64,000 nt of DNA from Dehalococcoidia bacterium (GCA_003142375.1 PLME01000020.1:42765-106764); one strand, 5' to 3'; positions 1 to 9,765 are shown, counted from the stretch's first letter. Notes: generated by a model not told the origin, from the letters alone. Made by a program: numbers and translations.

Positions 1-1
1 A

Positions 2-850
2 CAGCTTTTCAAAGAGCTGTCGGAAGCAAGGCTGCAGCTCAAAGCGCTGCAAAAAACCAGGGCAGATTCCGAGTCGGCGATTTCCCAACTGCAAAAAGAG
101 TTGGAGGGCCTGACAACTCAGAGTAATCAAATAGAGGCTGATCTCTCCGCGTTACCGGAAACCGGCCGTCAGTTGGAGTTGATCGAGGTACAACACAGTA
201 CTCTTGTTACAGATGAAAGAACCCTGAGAGACAATCTGGCCCAGTTGAAAGAAATGGTGAGGCAACTGGATTTGCTGGCTGCGGAGAAAAGTGAAAAAGG
301 CAATTTACTGCAGCTTTACCGGGAGCAGGAGGGACTGTATGCCGAGCTGGCAAAGGATTTCAGCAAGAAAGGCATCCAGGCGCTGATCATTGAGGAATCC
401 GTGCCTGAGATAGAAAACGAAGCCAATCTTTTGCTGGGCAAAATGACCTCCAACAGGATGTCGCTAACACTGGAAACACAGAAGGATACCAAGAAAGGGT
501 CTACTATCGAGACGCTGGATATAAAAATTGCCGATGAACTGGGTACACGCAGTTATGAAATGTACAGCGGTGGCGAAGCCTTCAGGATCGACCTGGCGCT
601 TCGCATAGCGATATCGAGACTGCTGGTACGCAGGGCCGGTGCTTCCATGCCTGTATTAATTATAGATGAAGGATTTGGAACACAGGACGATTCAGGCCTG
701 GAAAAGCTGATTGAAGCTATAAATTCCATACAGGACGATTTTGAGAAATTGTTCGTCATTACGCATCTGGACGAACTCAAGGACAAATTCCCGGTTCTCA
801 TCAATATCTCCAAAACACCCGAAGGTTCTTTGATTACGGTCAATCAGTGA
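2..850 (+). CDS. sbcC: SbcC/Rad50-family ATPase, C-terminal part (5' end outside window)
   Basis: The reading frame is open from the window edge (QLFKELSEARLQ...). A coiled-coil-like Q/E/L-rich stretch is followed by ABC-type C-terminal motifs. These are the signature-like YSGGEAFRIDLALRIA, Walker B VLIIDEGFGTQD and H-loop FVITH. Confidence 0.8.
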   Translation, partial: QLFKELSEARLQLKALQKTRADSESAISQLQKELEGLTTQSNQIEADLSALPETGRQLELIEVQHSTLVTDERTLRDNLAQLKEMVRQLDLLAAEKSEKGNLLQLYREQEGLYAELAKDFSKKGIQALIIEESVPEIENEANLLLGKMTSNRMSLTLETQKDTKKGSTIETLDIKIADELGTRSYEMYSGGEAFRIDLALRIAISRLLVRRAGASMPVLIIDEGFGTQDDSGLEKLIEAINSIQDDFEKLFVITHLDELKDKFPVLINISKTPEGSLITVNQ

Positions 851-886
851 CTTCAAATCAGTCTCGTACAATATCCAGTCCATTCC

Positions 887-915
887 TTGACAGCTATGTG
901 CGCCGGCGCTATCCT
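887..915 (+). promoter_or_regulatory. Putative sigma70-type promoter (TTGACA-17 nt-TATCCT) upstream of the LOG-family gene
   Basis: TTGACA lies at 887-892, followed by a 17-nt spacer and TATCCT at 910-915, in the intergenic region. Confidence 0.3.
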
Positions 916-1011
916 AATTACATTTAAACGGATGCACATAAATATCCAATCATCGGGCAGGCAGAGACAACAAGTATCTCACTATTTTCGTGATATAGAT
1001 CGGGGTGTTTG

Positions 1012-1692
1012 ATGGTTGAAAAATACGAAATCAATTCGCTGGAAAAAGAAGAGTCGTGGCGCCTCTTCAGGTACATAGGGGAACTGGTCGAGGGCTTTGA
1101 TAAATTATCCGGTATCGAACCGGCAGTGACGATCTACGGGGCTGCCGTGGCAACCTCCGATCAGACTGACTATCAAAATGCCAAACAGATAGCCTACCTG
1201 CTGGGTAAACAGGGATTCAATATAATCACCGGCGGTGGACCGGGGATGATGGAAGCCGCCAACCTGGGGGCGAGTGAGGCGGGTGTTAAATCTGTCGGGC
1301 TCAATATAGAGCTGCCCCAAGAGCAGAAGTGCAACCTTTATGCTAATCTCAATATAACTTTTAACCACTTTTTTGTACGTAAAATTATGCTCGTTAAATA
1401 CGCCACTGCTTTTGTAATTATGCCAGGGGGACTTGGGACACTTGATGAGTTAACCGAAGTGCTCACCCTGATTCAGACCAATAAAATCAAACCCTTCCCC
1501 GTTATACTTTTCAACTCTAAATTCTGGCATGGCTTTCTTGATTGGCTTCAAAATTCGGTGCTGATAACAAACTATATTTCCGAATCCGACCTGCACCTGC
1601 TGCGGCTTTCCGACCAACCCTCCGACGTGCAGGATATTGTCAGCAGCTGGTACCTGAAACAGGCCATCGTAGGACGAAGGGCAATTGATTAA
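1012..1692 (+). CDS. LOG family protein (TIGR00730 Rossmann-fold nucleotide-binding / cytokinin riboside 5'-monophosphate phosphoribohydrolase-like)
   Basis: Carries the GGGPGMMEAAN and PGGLGTLDEL motifs typical of the LOG/YgdH family. The ATG is at 1012; the track start at 1009 is TTG. Confidence 0.85.
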   Translation: MVEKYEINSLEKEESWRLFRYIGELVEGFDKLSGIEPAVTIYGAAVATSDQTDYQNAKQIAYLLGKQGFNIITGGGPGMMEAANLGASEAGVKSVGLNIELPQEQKCNLYANLNITFNHFFVRKIMLVKYATAFVIMPGGLGTLDELTEVLTLIQTNKIKPFPVILFNSKFWHGFLDWLQNSVLITNYISESDLHLLRLSDQPSDVQDIVSSWYLKQAIVGRRAID

Positions 1693-3079
1693 CTTAGGTT
1701 TCTATGGCGCCGACCGGACTGTAACCGGCTCAAGGCACCTTATTAACATCAATGGATATAAATTGCTACTGGATTGCGGCATTTTTCAGGGCCGCCGGAC
1801 TGAGACTTATGAACGCAACCTGCATTTTGCCTTCGATCCGAAATCCATCAATTCGGTGGTGATATCCCATGCGCACATGGACCACCTGGGCGACCTTCCC
1901 AATCTGGTAAAACAGGGCTTTAGCGGGGATATCAATTGCACTTCGGCTACCCTTGACCTGGCCAACATCATGCTCACGGACTCAGCTAACATCCAGGAAG
2001 GCGACATCCAATTTGTAAATAAGATCCGGCATCGCCACAACGAACCGCCAATGGAGCCCCTTTACGATACTGCCGACATACCTCCTACGCTGAAATTATT
2101 TCGCGGCTGTTCTTATGACCGTTCTTTCCGTGTCACGGGCGATGCACAGATTACATTCCACGATGCAGGACACATCCTGGGATCAGCAATAACTGTAATA
2201 AACGTTAATGACGGCGGCAGACAAGTTTCCATTTGCTATACCGGCGATCTGGGCCGCAAAGATATGCCGATCATTATGGACCCCTATGTTGTGACCGATT
2301 CGGATGTTCTTATCATTGAAAGCACCTATGGCGACCGGCTGCATGCAGATATAAAGAATGTGGAGGAAAGGCTTGCAAGTGTTATTAACGAGACGGTGTC
2401 CAAAGGAGGAAAGCTGATCGTACCCTCCTTTGCTCTTGAGAGGACACAGGAACTGGTATACTATTTGCACCAGTTAAAGCTGGAGAAACGTATACCGGAT
2501 ATCGCCATATTCGTCGATAGTCCGTTGGCCATCGATGCCACCGACATATTCAGGGCACACCCGGAATGCTACGATTCGCAAACCGCAGAATTCTTGAGAA
2601 CTGTAGAAGATCCCTTCGGCTTCAGGGGTTTGAGGTACGTATCTTCAGTCGAGGAATCGAAAAAACTCAACGATATCAAGACCCCGGTGATGATCATAGC
2701 AGGATCAGGAATGGCCGAAGCCGGACGTGTTCTGCACCATTTAAAGAATAATATTGGCAATCCCAACAACACCGTATTAATCGTTGGCTGGCAGGCCGAA
2801 AATACCCTCGGACGCAAGATAGCCGAAAAGTGGCCGGAGGTATCTATATTCGGTGAGAAATATAAATTGCGCTGCAGGGTGGAAGTTTTTAATGAGTTCA
2901 GCGCTCATGCCGACCGCAACGACCTGATCAACTGGACAAGCGCCGGCAAGAACAGATGGCAAAAGGTGTTCGTGGTCCACGGCGAAGAATCTGCAGCGCT
3001 TTCGCTGGCTGACGCTTTTAAAGGGATAGGATTGAATGACGTCGTCATACCCGAATTCGGACAGACCTTCGAAATTTAG
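1685..3079 (+). CDS. MBL-fold metallo-hydrolase, beta-CASP RNA-metabolising type
   Basis: Has the HxHxDH zinc motif (SHAHMDHLGDL) and, near the C-terminus, FSAHADRNDL (beta-CASP motif C-like). The TTG start overlaps the stop of the upstream gene. Confidence 0.8.
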   Translation: MINLGFYGADRTVTGSRHLININGYKLLLDCGIFQGRRTETYERNLHFAFDPKSINSVVISHAHMDHLGDLPNLVKQGFSGDINCTSATLDLANIMLTDSANIQEGDIQFVNKIRHRHNEPPMEPLYDTADIPPTLKLFRGCSYDRSFRVTGDAQITFHDAGHILGSAITVINVNDGGRQVSICYTGDLGRKDMPIIMDPYVVTDSDVLIIESTYGDRLHADIKNVEERLASVINETVSKGGKLIVPSFALERTQELVYYLHQLKLEKRIPDIAIFVDSPLAIDATDIFRAHPECYDSQTAEFLRTVEDPFGFRGLRYVSSVEESKKLNDIKTPVMIIAGSGMAEAGRVLHHLKNNIGNPNNTVLIVGWQAENTLGRKIAEKWPEVSIFGEKYKLRCRVEVFNEFSAHADRNDLINWTSAGKNRWQKVFVVHGEESAALSLADAFKGIGLNDVVIPEFGQTFEI

Positions 3080-3112
3080 CAATTTTGTTTTATCGCCGGA
3101 TAGTAAGCTCCT

Positions 3113-4081
3113 ATGATTGAATTTGTTCCTGGCAATTTTCAAGATTTTCGTGACCAATGGGAACGTGTCTATAAAGCATCGGAGACCAGGCTTTTATTTT
3201 CATCGCCCGGCTGGTCCGAGCAGTGGTGGAAGCATTTCGGCGCAGGTAGTGAACTGCATCTGGGTGCCGTCCGGGAAAACGGCTCTACTATAGGCATAGC
3301 TCCACTCAGAGCGAAAGACGGGACATTATATTTCATAGGTGGCGACAACGTCTGTGATTTCCTGGACTTTCCGATTGAGTCAGGCAAGGAAAACCTCTTT
3401 TTCGATACTTTGCTCGAGCATTTGACCACTTCAGAATTTCATTCGATGGACCTGATGCCGGTGCTGTCTGATTCCAATGTAAAACGCTTCTTGACTGGCC
3501 GTGCACAGGATCGAGGCCTCGCAGTATCCTGTTCACCTGAAGACGTGACCGTAGCCGTTGACCTCCCGGGTGATCTATCATCCTACCTTTCGTTATTAAG
3601 CGGCAAACAACGGCATGAAATACTCCGGAAAGAAAGACGATTAAACGAGGAAGGAGAAATAGTCTATCGCATAACGGAAGAAGGCACTAAAAGTGAGATC
3701 GATACCTTCCTGCGCTTCTTCCGTGAAAGTAGAGAGGATAAAAATAAGTTTCTGACCGATGATATGGAGATGTTTTTCAGGGCAATAATCGATATGGCGG
3801 CAGCCGATAAAATGCTACAGCTGGGGATATTGGAGCTCAATAAAGTGCAGGTGGCCGTTACACTATGTTTCACCTATCAAAATGATATGTACCTGTATAA
3901 CAGCGGCTACAACCCCGATTACCGGCCGCTCAGCATCGGCCAACTGTCCAAATATTTCTGTATAAAGAGAAGCATTGAGAGCAGAAAACGGCGATTCGAT
4001 TTTCTTAAAGGAGCGGAAAAGTATAAGTTTCACCTGGGCGGCAGTGAGACCCAGCTTTTTCGATGTATAATTAAAAAATAG
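3113..4081 (+). CDS. GNAT-fold acetyltransferase, BioF2/CelD (FemAB-like) type
   Basis: 322 aa. The overall pattern of the C-terminal half (LNKVQVAVTLCF...YNSGYNP...FDFLKG.EKYK) resembles CelD/BioF2-like acetyltransferase domains. The assignment is by eye only. Confidence 0.5.
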   Translation: MIEFVPGNFQDFRDQWERVYKASETRLLFSSPGWSEQWWKHFGAGSELHLGAVRENGSTIGIAPLRAKDGTLYFIGGDNVCDFLDFPIESGKENLFFDTLLEHLTTSEFHSMDLMPVLSDSNVKRFLTGRAQDRGLAVSCSPEDVTVAVDLPGDLSSYLSLLSGKQRHEILRKERRLNEEGEIVYRITEEGTKSEIDTFLRFFRESREDKNKFLTDDMEMFFRAIIDMAAADKMLQLGILELNKVQVAVTLCFTYQNDMYLYNSGYNPDYRPLSIGQLSKYFCIKRSIESRKRRFDFLKGAEKYKFHLGGSETQLFRCIIKK

Positions 4082-4105
4082 TTAATTCGTTATCCGGAAG
4101 ATTTA

Positions 4106-5347
4106 TTGGAAGATAGATTAAATATAGCCATACTAAGTTTGCACACCTGCCCTTTCGACAGGCCGGGAAGCCGCTATACGGGCGGCATGAATATCTACAT
4201 ACAAAACCTTGCTCAGGAGCTAGGCAGACGGGGACATTCTATTGATATATATACGTGTTCCCATGTCGATGCCGATTTTTGCACTTTGGTCGACGGGAGT
4301 GAGAACATACGCTTAGTTCATATACAATCCCCGGACTACAGCTCGATTTCGGAGAAATCACTTGGTGATCATGTTAGCGGGTTGACCGATTCCATCGCCT
4401 CTTATTGCCTTGAGCACAATAAACATTATGATTTGATCCACAGCCACTACTGGCTGTCCGGCGTTGTCGGGAGCAAATTAAAGCAGCGATGGTGCATACC
4501 TCACATTACCATGTTTCATACCCTTGGCGCTGTAAAAAATAACCTGGGGCTGGGAATGCTGGAGCCGGACTACAGGATCTTAAATGAAGAGGTAGTTATC
4601 AGGGCCAGCGACCTCATAATCGCCTCTACCCAAAGAGAGAAACACGAGTTGATCAATAGATATGCGGCCGATCCAACCGCAATTGAAGTGGTCCCCTGCG
4701 GCATCAATCCTGCGATATTTCGCCCCATCGATAAGCAGCAAGCCCGGCAAATGTGCGGATTGCCCACTAAAAAAACGGCACTGTTCGTGGGTCGGCTGGA
4801 CCCGCTTAAAGCGCTGGGTAATTTGCTGGAGGCGATCTCCTGCCTGAAATCGCGTGATGATTTCCAACTGGTAGTGGTAGGCGGCAACGATCACGGTGTT
4901 GACTTTAAGGCCATCATGGATGCCGCCTGCGATTACGATGTAAGTCACCGAGTCAATTTTATAGGCTCGGTCCCACATGAACGCATGTATTTATACTATA
5001 ACGCGGCTGATTTCTGTGTAATACCATCGTATTACGAAAGCTTCGGCTTGGTAGCCCTTGAATCGCTGGCCTGCGGCACCCCCATAATAGCCACCGATGT
5101 AGGTGAAGTCCGTGATATAGCGGGGATATGTCAATCCTGCAAGATAATCACCGGGAATACACCACTGGAATTGTCAACAAGTATCAATGCCATGTTGGAC
5201 AATATCGGCAACAGGAAAAATGGATACAACAAAATGGTCGAACTTTACGGCTGGAGCCACGTGGTGGACAGAATAATTCAACACTACAGGGCGATTATCG
5301 ATAGAAACGCAGAGTATACACAGCAGCTTTGTTCGTATAAATCTTGA
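4106..5347 (+). CDS. GT4 retaining glycosyltransferase, MshA-like
   Basis: The N-terminal ILSLHTCPFDRPGSRYTGGMNIY..RRGHSIDIYT and HSHYWLSG closely match the MshA (D-inositol-3-phosphate glycosyltransferase) family signature. The C-terminal YESFGLVALESLACGTPIIA is the GT-B EX7E region. Confidence 0.8.
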   Translation: MEDRLNIAILSLHTCPFDRPGSRYTGGMNIYIQNLAQELGRRGHSIDIYTCSHVDADFCTLVDGSENIRLVHIQSPDYSSISEKSLGDHVSGLTDSIASYCLEHNKHYDLIHSHYWLSGVVGSKLKQRWCIPHITMFHTLGAVKNNLGLGMLEPDYRILNEEVVIRASDLIIASTQREKHELINRYAADPTAIEVVPCGINPAIFRPIDKQQARQMCGLPTKKTALFVGRLDPLKALGNLLEAISCLKSRDDFQLVVVGGNDHGVDFKAIMDAACDYDVSHRVNFIGSVPHERMYLYYNAADFCVIPSYYESFGLVALESLACGTPIIATDVGEVRDIAGICQSCKIITGNTPLELSTSINAMLDNIGNRKNGYNKMVELYGWSHVVDRIIQHYRAIIDRNAEYTQQLCSYKS

Positions 5348-5378
5348 TCCCATAATCTACATTTGAGGTAACACTGCA

Positions 5379-6071
5379 ATGAAAGAGCAATACTACGCTA
5401 TGATCATAGCCCCACATCCGGATGACTCTGAATTCGCCATAGCCGGCACTGTGGCAAAATGGACAAAGCAGGATAAAAAGGTCATTTACGTTATCTGTAC
5501 CAACGGCAACAAAGGTACGGATGATCCCGAGATGACGCCTGCGAAACTGGCCGAGATAAGAAGGCAGGAAGAGCTGGGAGCCGCTAAAACCCTGGGGGTA
5601 CAGGAGGTTATATTCCTTGACCATGACGACCAGTCGCTTGAAGATACTCCTGAATTTCGCAAGGAGTTGGTCAAGGTTATCCGTACCTACCGGCCTGAAC
5701 TGGTGGCAGCCCCCGACCCATACCGCAAATACATCTGGCACCGCGACCACAGAATCACAGGCCAGGTAGTCCTTGATGCCGTGTTCCCCTTTGCTCGCGA
5801 TCGTTTGGCCTACCCGGACCTGCTGGAGGCCGGATTCCAGCCTCACAAAGTCAAAGAGCTGCTTTTCTGGGGCGCAGATAAACAGAATTTCTACAGCGAC
5901 GTGTCGGATACCTACGACCTCAAAATGGCCGCTCTGGCCTGCCATAAAAGCCAGGTAAGTAAATTCCCGAAGGAATGGATCGAAGGATTCAAGTTCCTGC
6001 ACGCACAGAGGGCCAAGGGCAAGGGATATGAGCTGGCCGAGTCCTTCTATAGGGTCGAACTACCGGGATAA
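5379..6071 (+). CDS. PIG-L/LmbE family N-acetylglucosaminyl deacetylase (MshB/BshB-like)
   Basis: Has the AHPDDSEFAIAGT motif and a downstream HRDH, typical of LmbE-family zinc deacetylases. Confidence 0.85.
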   Translation: MKEQYYAMIIAPHPDDSEFAIAGTVAKWTKQDKKVIYVICTNGNKGTDDPEMTPAKLAEIRRQEELGAAKTLGVQEVIFLDHDDQSLEDTPEFRKELVKVIRTYRPELVAAPDPYRKYIWHRDHRITGQVVLDAVFPFARDRLAYPDLLEAGFQPHKVKELLFWGADKQNFYSDVSDTYDLKMAALACHKSQVSKFPKEWIEGFKFLHAQRAKGKGYELAESFYRVELPG

Positions 6072-6101
6072 AAGTCAATACTGCACTATTAACATAAACG
6101 G

Positions 6102-6128
6102 AAAGGGCTGGATTTTATCCAGCCCTTT
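6102..6128. terminator. Bidirectional intrinsic terminator hairpin
   Basis: The hairpin is aaagggctggat-ttt-atccagcccttt with flanking A/T runs. It sits between convergent genes. Confidence 0.7.
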
Positions 6129-6148
6129 TGTCTGTCGAACTCCCTGTA

Positions 6149-6289
6149 CTAGCCCTTGCCGATCTTGAACATCTTGGTCCCACAGGTTGGACACAGGCCC
6201 TGACTTGCCGGTTTACCATTCTTCATGGTAATGGATTTTGGATTTTTCATTTCCTTCTTAGCCCGGCATTTCATGCAATATGCTTGCAT
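6149..6289 (-). CDS. 46-aa zinc-ribbon protein (DUF5679-like), below the ORF-track cutoff
   Basis: Hand translation gives MQAYCMKCRAKKEMKNPKSITMKNGKPASQGLCPTCGTKMFKIGKG. It has two CxxC pairs, a near-identical paralog at 33887..34027, and is followed by the terminator at 6102-6128. Confidence 0.8.
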   Translation of the reverse strand: MQAYCMKCRAKKEMKNPKSITMKNGKPASQGLCPTCGTKMFKIGKG

Positions 6290-6445
6290 CTGCAACAACC
6301 CTCCTTAAAATAATTAATTTATGAAGCATAGGGTATTGCAAGCTCGGCTGTCAATGAAAATCCCTATCTATTTAATCTCACTTCATACGTGACCAGTACC
6401 AAAGTCCTATACGGGTATAAACTAAATACCCACTTGTATTATGTC

Positions 6446-6760
6446 TCAGGCTGACCACTTCTCAGCCAGGTCGCCGATAACGGGCAGCTTGAATTTGGCG
6501 CCCTGATAAGCCTTGATCATAAGGAGGATCCACAGTACGATGAAAATTACATCAATGACCCATACCAAGACAGGAAGCCAAAAGAATATGATAGACAATA
6601 CTGTCAATGCGCCAAAAGTGATAATGGACTGCATGGCATGGAATTTAACAAATTTACTTTCCTTTTCTAGCAGGAAGAAAATAATGCCAGTGACCCATCC
6701 CAGAACATAGCTCAGCAAGGCCGCCACATTTTCTTCCATACCTGTTGATGATTTCGCCAT
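6446..6760 (-). CDS. DUF4870-like small membrane protein
   Basis: 104 aa with about 3 TM helices. The pattern AALLSYVLGWVTGIIFFLLEKESKFVKFHAMQS matches the DUF4870 pattern. Confidence 0.65.
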   Translation of the reverse strand: MAKSSTGMEENVAALLSYVLGWVTGIIFFLLEKESKFVKFHAMQSIITFGALTVLSIIFFWLPVLVWVIDVIFIVLWILLMIKAYQGAKFKLPVIGDLAEKWSA

Positions 6761-6875
6761 TTACCAACCTCCTCGTCTTTTAATATAACTAGGATATCCG
6801 CTGCTACAGAGGGGTGTCAATTCACCATCAACAACACCACCAAAACTTATAAAATGAGCCTCGACAACCTGAGGG

Positions 6876-7982
6876 CTAACGGTTAAACCTTTTTCCCACT
6901 CTGAAAAGAAAGATGACCAACGCGGCCAGGATTAATATCCCCGCCAGTATCACAACCACTGCCCACCAAGGAATGCCGTCTGAAAAAACAGGCTTATCAT
7001 CTTGAGTAGATTGCGGGGCCTGCACCGTATGGAAAGTGAATACAGCGCCCGCATCGCTCAAAACAGGCTCCACGGCCCTGACCTGCCAGTAATAGGCTGT
7101 ATCGTATTCCAGAGAATCCTTTAACGCATAGGCCGTCGTAGATGCAAAATCGTCCACAACGATATCATGCAGTTGAGCATCCCTCGCCAGGATAAACTGA
7201 TATTTAGTTGTCCCCTGATAACCCGACCAACTGAAAGATATTGGCTTTACCGGGTATTGGGCGCTGCTTTCGGCGGGGGTGAAAGCGTGTGCACCGTAGC
7301 TGCTATCAATGGTGCGATAGCCGGGCTCGACGGTAAAAGTTTTCGTTGCGGACCAGGGACTATCAATATACTGCCCGGTAGCGGCCTGTATACTCCTCAC
7401 CCTCCAGTAGTAGGTATGCCCGGCCTCCAGGCTGCCCGGTGGCATCCAAAAGGCCGGTGATGCTGAGTCAGATGTGTCCATAGCTCCGGAGTCGTAAACC
7501 TTCAGGGTGAAACCGGGGTCCCTGGCTATCTGCACCTGATATTGTCTGGAAAGGCAGTAGTCCTTCCATGAAAAGTCCACCTGTGCGTTCCTGCCTGTGG
7601 CCGGATCGCTGCTGATATTATTTCCTTCCTCGGCACCTGACGCACTGACGTATGCGGTAGCATATCCGCTTTTAATTCCTGCCCTGTTCGAAGCCGTAAT
7701 TTTATAAATTGTCGAAGACGCCGGGGCAACACTCGTTTGACCCTCCATCGATACATCCCCAATACCGTGATCTATATTGACCGAAAGCGCGTTGGTTGCC
7801 TGCCAGCTTAAGGTAGCTGAAGCCCCTGCACTGATAATTGAGGGCGAAACTGTGAAACTGATGATTTGAGGTAAATTGTCACCTTGCGAAGACCCTGCCA
7901 AGGCCGGCGGACTGGACAGGCCGTCCATGACTGCCGCAATCGGATACAGCAAAACTAATAATATTATGTAAAGGAATTTCAT
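6876..7982 (-). CDS. Secreted, C-terminally membrane-anchored protein with Ig/FN3-like beta-sandwich repeats
   Basis: Has an N-terminal signal-like helix, repeated Y.W.VR (FN3-like) segments (HTYYWRVRS, TAYYWQVRA), and a C-terminal TM helix followed by a basic tail. Confidence 0.6.
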   Translation of the reverse strand: MKFLYIILLVLLYPIAAVMDGLSSPPALAGSSQGDNLPQIISFTVSPSIISAGASATLSWQATNALSVNIDHGIGDVSMEGQTSVAPASSTIYKITASNRAGIKSGYATAYVSASGAEEGNNISSDPATGRNAQVDFSWKDYCLSRQYQVQIARDPGFTLKVYDSGAMDTSDSASPAFWMPPGSLEAGHTYYWRVRSIQAATGQYIDSPWSATKTFTVEPGYRTIDSSYGAHAFTPAESSAQYPVKPISFSWSGYQGTTKYQFILARDAQLHDIVVDDFASTTAYALKDSLEYDTAYYWQVRAVEPVLSDAGAVFTFHTVQAPQSTQDDKPVFSDGIPWWAVVVILAGILILAALVIFLFRVGKRFNR

Positions 7983-8034
7983 TTTATCCCCTGCCGACCA
8001 TCCTCATACCACTATACCCCGGTTTTAGAAATAG

Positions 8035-9765
8035 TTAAATCCGGCTATTCTTACCGGTTTTAACCAGGAAATCATGGTACGCTGTAAGATGCAATAATAC
8101 CCTGGCAGCCCGTTTCCCCGATGTATAATCGTAATGATCTCCAACCAGCTTCACCTGTTCCTCGGTAAAGGTAGTGGTAATTACGGGCTTCTTATAACTG
8201 GCGATCCATTGGTCCACCAGCGCCGTGAGAAGCCCTACGATAAATGAATTGATAATCTCCGCCCGGGTACGGCCGCTGGACCCTCCCTGGGCAGAGGCGT
8301 TAGCCAGTTCCAGCACATCATTGACCACGTTGTCTCGGAGCTTGCCCGAACGCCGGGCCTCCACCACTACATCGGCCAGCGTCACGACCTGTGTGAGGTC
8401 CTTAATCCCCATGAATAGCGCCAGCATCTCTAACAACTGTCTGACGGCCGATTGCATTTTTTTAAAGTCCGGCGATTTTACATCCTCTATTATTGGGACT
8501 ATGGCCCTCATGGCCTCAACTCTTTGGGCCACCTGCTCAGGCTTCATTTTCTCTTCCTGCTGCGAGCGCTGCTGCATCAGCAGGTTACTGAACAGAGTGA
8601 AACCACCGAACCCCATGAAAATAAGCGAATCCACGCACTCCAGTTCCAGTAATTTCAGCGGCGCAATCATGTAAGCAATAAAATTCCTGTCGCCGGCGGG
8701 ATCTACCGGGTTTTGCCGGCTCCATCTGGGCGGAAAGATCTTATCCAACTCCTCGATGGTCTCATGGGGCAGCCTGACTACGCGCAGGCCACCCTCTTCG
8801 CAGGCCTGGGCGCATAATACCCCATAGCTTCCACCGGGCGTGATGATAGCCACGTAACGCCCTTTAGGCAGGGGCTGCGTTAAAAACCCTACGGCTATAT
8901 CCAGCATTTCTTCCGTGTCTTCCACGCGTATAGCGCCCATCTTTTTAAAAGCGGCGTCGTAGATTTCATCGCTTCCGGCCATGGCTCCGGAATGCGACTT
9001 AATGGCCTTGGCCGCCGCCTCGGTTTTTCCGGGCTTTAATATGATTACCGGTTTGGTCGGGGTGACTTTTTTTACCACGTCCATGAATCTCACGCCGTCG
9101 TTCAGACCCTCGATATAGGCCAATATCACTTTCACTTCGGGGTCTTTGCCAAAATGCTCGATATAGTCTTCAATTTGAATATCGGCGGCGCAGCCGCAGC
9201 TGACATAGCGGTGGAAGCCCAGCCCGCGCTCATAGCCTGCCACAACAACCGCAGCACCTACATTGCCACCCTGGGAGACGAAGGCCAGCGGCCCGTCCCT
9301 CACCAGCAGCGGCATCATGAAGGCGGCCAGCGACGACGATGCGCTCCAGTAGCCCATGCAGTTGGGGCCGATAAACCTGATATTGCCCCTGCGCGCTATG
9401 CTCAACACCTCATCCTGAAGCTTCTTACCTTCCGGGCCGACTTCAGCGAAGCCCGCCGATATAATGACCGCCGACTTAACGCCCTTTTGCACGCAGTCTT
9501 CCATGACCGCCGCAACACGTTCGGCAGGTATGGTAAATACCGCCAGGTCCACCGGCCCGGGTATATCCGTAACCTTTTTATAGGCCTTGAGCCCCTGTAT
9601 CTGGTCTTCATGGACGTTAACAGGATAGATCGGCCCCTTATATGTTTGAATCAGGCTCGCGATAGTTGAGAAGCCCCATTTGTTGGTGTTGTTGGTGGCC
9701 CCTATATGCGCCACGGATTTGGGATCAAAAAGCGGGCCCAGTTCTTTTAAGATATCAATTTCCAT
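8035..9765 (-). CDS. Acetate--CoA ligase (ADP-forming) family protein, CoA-binding/alpha-type, no ATP-grasp domain
   Basis: Has an N-terminal CoA-binding Rossmann (VAHIGATNN..KWG) and the succinyl-CoA-synthetase-like flavodoxin domain motifs GPNCMG and SQGGN. Confidence 0.75.
   Translation of the reverse strand: MEIDILKELGPLFDPKSVAHIGATNNTNKWGFSTIASLIQTYKGPIYPVNVHEDQIQGLKAYKKVTDIPGPVDLAVFTIPAERVAAVMEDCVQKGVKSAVIISAGFAEVGPEGKKLQDEVLSIARRGNIRFIGPNCMGYWSASSSLAAFMMPLLVRDGPLAFVSQGGNVGAAVVVAGYERGLGFHRYVSCGCAADIQIEDYIEHFGKDPEVKVILAYIEGLNDGVRFMDVVKKVTPTKPVIILKPGKTEAAAKAIKSHSGAMAGSDEIYDAAFKKMGAIRVEDTEEMLDIAVGFLTQPLPKGRYVAIITPGGSYGVLCAQACEEGGLRVVRLPHETIEELDKIFPPRWSRQNPVDPAGDRNFIAYMIAPLKLLELECVDSLIFMGFGGFTLFSNLLMQQRSQQEEKMKPEQVAQRVEAMRAIVPIIEDVKSPDFKKMQSAVRQLLEMLALFMGIKDLTQVVTLADVVVEARRSGKLRDNVVNDVLELANASAQGGSSGRTRAEIINSFIVGLLTALVDQWIASYKKPVITTTFTEEQVKLVGDHYDYTSGKRAARVLLHLTAYHDFLVKTGKNSRI

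Noticed and set aside
5295-6002. 235-aa minus-strand ORF
   Set aside because: It is antisense to the LmbE deacetylase gene, has no recognisable motifs and has no RBS.
6128-6313. 61-aa plus-strand ORF
   Set aside because: The opposite strand encodes a 46-aa zinc-ribbon protein with a conserved paralog and a terminator. The plus-strand ORF starts inside the terminator hairpin and has no RBS.
9154-9669. 171-aa plus-strand ORF, plus several similar ORFs at 8225..8674, 11095..11843, 21065..21550, 37174..38031 and 63122..63967
   Set aside because: All are antisense to, or frame-shifted over, genes with strong family signatures. They are shadow ORFs of GC-rich coding sequence.
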